Positions 60,494 through 62,901 of a stretch of 62,901 bases of DNA are shown here, piece after piece; the first letter of the stretch is position 1; every line of letters starts with the position of its first letter. The position numbers and the translations under genes were made by a program. Origin of the DNA: an uncultured Pseudomonadales bacterium (GTDB lineage: Bacteria; Patescibacteriota; Microgenomatia; UBA1400; PJMF01). Below the pieces are notes generated by a model. The model did not search any database and was not told the DNA's origin. It saw only the letters and a program-made list of their open reading frames with translations. The stretch is taken from positions 1 to 62,901 of the forward strand of contig CAZVBO010000001.1 of NCBI GenBank assembly GCA_964625685.1. The letters are read 5' to 3'.

Positions 60494-61078
60494 ATGTCTC
60501 TAGAACACTACTTAAGACAACCATATACTGAAATTGACGGTGTTTTTTGTTATTTTTGGTATTTAGGGCACCTCATTTTATTGTCTACTCCAGAAACCGA
60601 TTTAATTCCGCAAGGCAAGTCTGAAGGAGATCTCTATCGTGATTCTAATCTGCGAATTTTAACAACTGATCAGTTTAGTGTCATTAGTGGGGGAGTTGAG
60701 GCTGTTTCAGAAGAAGTAATAATTGAATTACCTTCTACACTAGAAGAAAGAAAAACACAGGCCATTTTAAGAGAAGTGCTAGAAGAATCTGGACTTGTGC
60801 TCGACTCTCAAAAGTTAAATATTCTTCCTGATAGCACTACTAAAACCATTCAAAGCCGAAATGGAAAAGGTATTTATCTTATTCGGGGGACTGGTTTTTC
60901 TTATGAATTGAATCAAACCGAATTTCGCCAATTACTAACATACTTGAGAGAAAGAAATAGAAATGCAATTATTGGGACTGTGGCGGAAATTTTTTCTCAA
61001 GAAGCAGCATTAGAGTTGAGGCCGTTTGCTCATAGTGCCTTGCAGCTGCTTGAGCCAGTAGAAAGCGAAATAGAATGA
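60494..61078 (+). CDS. Hypothetical protein with a partial Nudix box, embedded in the mevalonate operon
   Basis: 194-aa ORF. E-x7-REVLEESGL matches the Ex7REUxEExGU core, but the upstream Gly of the Nudix box is absent. Confidence 0.45.
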   Translation: MSLEHYLRQPYTEIDGVFCYFWYLGHLILLSTPETDLIPQGKSEGDLYRDSNLRILTTDQFSVISGGVEAVSEEVIIELPSTLEERKTQAILREVLEESGLVLDSQKLNILPDSTTKTIQSRNGKGIYLIRGTGFSYELNQTEFRQLLTYLRERNRNAIIGTVAEIFSQEAALELRPFAHSALQLLEPVESEIE

Positions 61079-61872
61079 ATAAACAATTAATTCTTATTAA
61101 ATTAGGCGGATCTATTATTACGGATAAAAGTACTGAAAATACTTTAAGAAAAAAAATTCTAAAATCCTTAGTTAAGGAAGTTAAAAAAGTCAAAGAAAAT
61201 CTTCCTCAAATACAGTTTATCATTGGTCACGGTCACGGTAGTTTTGGACACACTGCTCTAAAAAAATACCAGCTGACAGACAACACTACCCAAAATGACG
61301 TATATGGAAGTGCGGTTACCCTGGATTTAGTAGCGTATCTCAATCAAATAGTGACTCATGAATTTATCGAACAAGGTATCCCAGCTTTTTCAGCTAGAGT
61401 AAATAATTTATTAACAGTCGAAGATCAACCACAGCAGCTGGGAATGCAGACAATTGATTTAGCACTTCGCTTGGGTTTCATGCCAATTTTTTGTGGGGAT
61501 GTTATCTTTAGTCCTCATCATATTACGCGTGTGTGGTCTACTGAGTTAGTTTTTGATTTTTTGGTGGGTTATTATCTTAAAAAAAACTGGTCCATTAAGA
61601 AAATAATTCATATAGGAGAAGTTGAGGGTTTTTTGGATAGTCAACAACAACTTATTCCAGAAATTACGCCTCATAGCTGGAGTGATCTACAAAAAAATCT
61701 AAGAATAACTCAAGGAATTGACATGACTGGAGGCATGAAGCTGAAAATTGAAGAGTCATTAAAACTTTGCCATCAAGGTATTGATACTCATATTATTTCT
61801 GGGTTAAGGGCCCAGAATCTCTCTGAACTACTTTTAGAAGATAAACTTCGAGGAACCCATATTCATGCCTGA
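61075..61872 (+). CDS. ipk: Isopentenyl phosphate kinase (amino-acid-kinase family)
   Basis: 265-aa ORF with LILIKLGGSIITDK and IIGHGHGSFGH. Confidence 0.75.
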   Translation: MNKQLILIKLGGSIITDKSTENTLRKKILKSLVKEVKKVKENLPQIQFIIGHGHGSFGHTALKKYQLTDNTTQNDVYGSAVTLDLVAYLNQIVTHEFIEQGIPAFSARVNNLLTVEDQPQQLGMQTIDLALRLGFMPIFCGDVIFSPHHITRVWSTELVFDFLVGYYLKKNWSIKKIIHIGEVEGFLDSQQQLIPEITPHSWSDLQKNLRITQGIDMTGGMKLKIEESLKLCHQGIDTHIISGLRAQNLSELLLEDKLRGTHIHA

Positions 61873-62581
61873 AAATATTTCCACCGTTATCCCTCAACAC
61901 ATTGCCATCATATGTGATGGCAACCGGCGGTGGGCCAAGTCACATGGCTGGGATGTAATCAAAGGCCATGAGTATGCTTTTGACAAAGTCTTTGCTCCCT
62001 TAGCTCGGCATGCTGCCGAAGTTGGCGTAAAGTATCTCACTTTTTGGGTTTTTAGTACCGAAAACTGGGGTAGAGAGAAAAGAGAGGTTGATGCTCTGAT
62101 GAATATTTTTCGAAATTTATTTGAGAAAAAAGCGGCAGAGCTAGAGCAACAGAATGTCAGAATTCGAACTATTGGTGATATATCAAAATTTGCTCCAGAT
62201 ATTCAAGAAAAAGTAACCACTTGGATAGAAAAAACCCAAAATAACACTGGAATTACGGTCACTTTTGCCATGAATTATGGTGGGAAAGATGAGCTAATCC
62301 GGGCCATGAAAAAAATGAATCAAGCCATTCAGTCTGGCCAGTTTAATGCAGCAAATTTAACTCAAGATACTTTTACTCAATTTTTGGATGCACCGGATAT
62401 TCCAGAGCCGGAGTTGATTGTGCGGACCAGTGGCGAAAATCGCACTTCAGGTTTTCTGATGTGGGAGCAAGCCTATAGCGAGTGGTATATTCCTACCTGG
62501 CATTTTCCTGAGTTTACTCCTGAAAAATTGGATGAATGTATTGCCGAATTTAATTCCAGAAAAAGAAGGTTTGGAAAATGA
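61865..62581 (+). CDS. uppS: Undecaprenyl-diphosphate synthase (cis-prenyltransferase)
   Basis: 238-aa ORF with HIAIICDGNRRWA, FSTENWGR and RTSGENRTSGFLMWE. Confidence 0.9.
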   Translation: MPENISTVIPQHIAIICDGNRRWAKSHGWDVIKGHEYAFDKVFAPLARHAAEVGVKYLTFWVFSTENWGREKREVDALMNIFRNLFEKKAAELEQQNVRIRTIGDISKFAPDIQEKVTTWIEKTQNNTGITVTFAMNYGGKDELIRAMKKMNQAIQSGQFNAANLTQDTFTQFLDAPDIPEPELIVRTSGENRTSGFLMWEQAYSEWYIPTWHFPEFTPEKLDECIAEFNSRKRRFGK

Positions 62582-62585
62582 TCTT

Positions 62586-62614
62586 AGTTAAGTTGATTCT
62601 CCTTAACTTTTGTC
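62586..62614 (+). terminator. Possible rho-independent terminator after uppS
   Basis: AGTTAAG-ttgattctc-CTTAACT followed by TTTTGTCTTT. The stem is AT-rich and weak. Confidence 0.3.
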
Positions 62615-62681
62615 TTTATTCTTTATTCTTTCAACTTACCTACTTGTGAACTATTTCAAAAACTAATTAACACCTTTGTAA

Positions 62682-62901
62682 CTACAACCAGTCAATCTTG
62701 AGCTCCTGAAAGGGTTTAAGTCGTTTGTCATTAGTTACAAATGTATCGACCTGAGCAAATATAGCCGTCGCTAATTGAATGGCATCTGGGGTGCGAAATT
62801 GATACTGCCTACGGATGCGAGCAGATTCAATAGCAATTTCTTGATTGATGTCTATGATACTGAGATTGGGGGTTTCTAAAAAATGTTGTAACAGCAGTTG
62901 C
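62682..62901 (-). CDS. PIN-domain (VapC-like) protein, C-terminal part only (5' end beyond the window)
   Basis: Hand translation of the minus strand gives …IDINQEIAIESARIRRQYQFRTPDAIQLATAIFAQVDTFVTNDKRLKPFQELKIDWL*. Confidence 0.6.
   Translation of the reverse strand, partial: QLLLQHFLETPNLSIIDINQEIAIESARIRRQYQFRTPDAIQLATAIFAQVDTFVTNDKRLKPFQELKIDWL

Noticed and set aside
1-62901. Alternative genetic code (UGA recoding as in Gracilibacteria/Absconditabacteria)
   Set aside because: All conserved genes (dnaA, valS, virB4, hmgA and others) are full length under the standard code, with TGA used as a stop (for example 34899-34901).
62682-62901. Apparent frameshift in the PIN-domain gene
   Set aside because: It arose from my own miscounting of an A-run and a line junction. 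On re-reading, the frame is continuous from 62900 to the TAG at 62684-62682.

Overview
This is a chromosomal window from a moderately AT-rich, small-genome bacterium. Its gene content points to the Candidate Phyla Radiation/Patescibacteria, possibly Microgenomates-like (inference only, no search was run): a DUF4012 protein, a tandem array of T4SS-type pilins, an insert-bearing 23S rRNA with no adjacent 16S, and a lean housekeeping set.

Layout:
(1) 1-2275: the 5' part of a minus-strand 23S rRNA carrying three ~145-nt hairpin insertions, plus tRNA-Ala(UGC) and a near-consensus promoter.
(2) 2.3-21.7 kb: housekeeping genes. These include a J-domain protein, a HAD phosphatase, a solute-binding protein, VanW, an SPFH protein, valS, L25, DUF4012, rnhA and jag-yidC-yidD-rnpA-rpmH.
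(3) 21.7-24.8 kb: dnaN and dnaA with DnaA-box clusters (oriC).
(4) 24.8-54.3 kb: a ~30-kb Gram-positive-style type IV secretion/pilus-like locus. It holds a VirB4 ATPase, a PrgI/VirB3-like protein, a 1463-aa M23-peptidase giant, a VirB6-like protein, a GH5-like 1150+ aa secreted giant and eight tandem pilin paralogs. No relaxase, coupling protein or integrase is visible. Embedded in it are a candidate cobalamin riboswitch in front of an unknown 643-aa protein and an opposite-strand trio of large acidic unknown proteins.
(5) 54.4-62.6 kb: one tightly packed plus-strand operon. It starts with an ECF sigma factor, a 58-aa anti-sigma candidate and a membrane protein. Archaeal-style mevalonate genes follow: idi, class-I HMG-CoA reductase, HMG-CoA synthase, thiolase, a DUF35 OB-fold protein, a second idi, a Nudix-like unknown, isopentenyl phosphate kinase and uppS.
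(6) 62682-62901: a partial PIN-domain gene at the window end.

Cross-cutting signals:
- A modular repeat family (A/T-rich UUCCAAA/UUUGGAA arms plus GC-rich mini-hairpins) occurs in the rRNA, in many intergenic spacers and once in-frame inside HMG-CoA synthase.
- A -10 hexamer lies 6-7 nt upstream of the start codon at 11 genes, which suggests leaderless mRNAs.

All homology calls come from motif recognition by eye. No database search was run.
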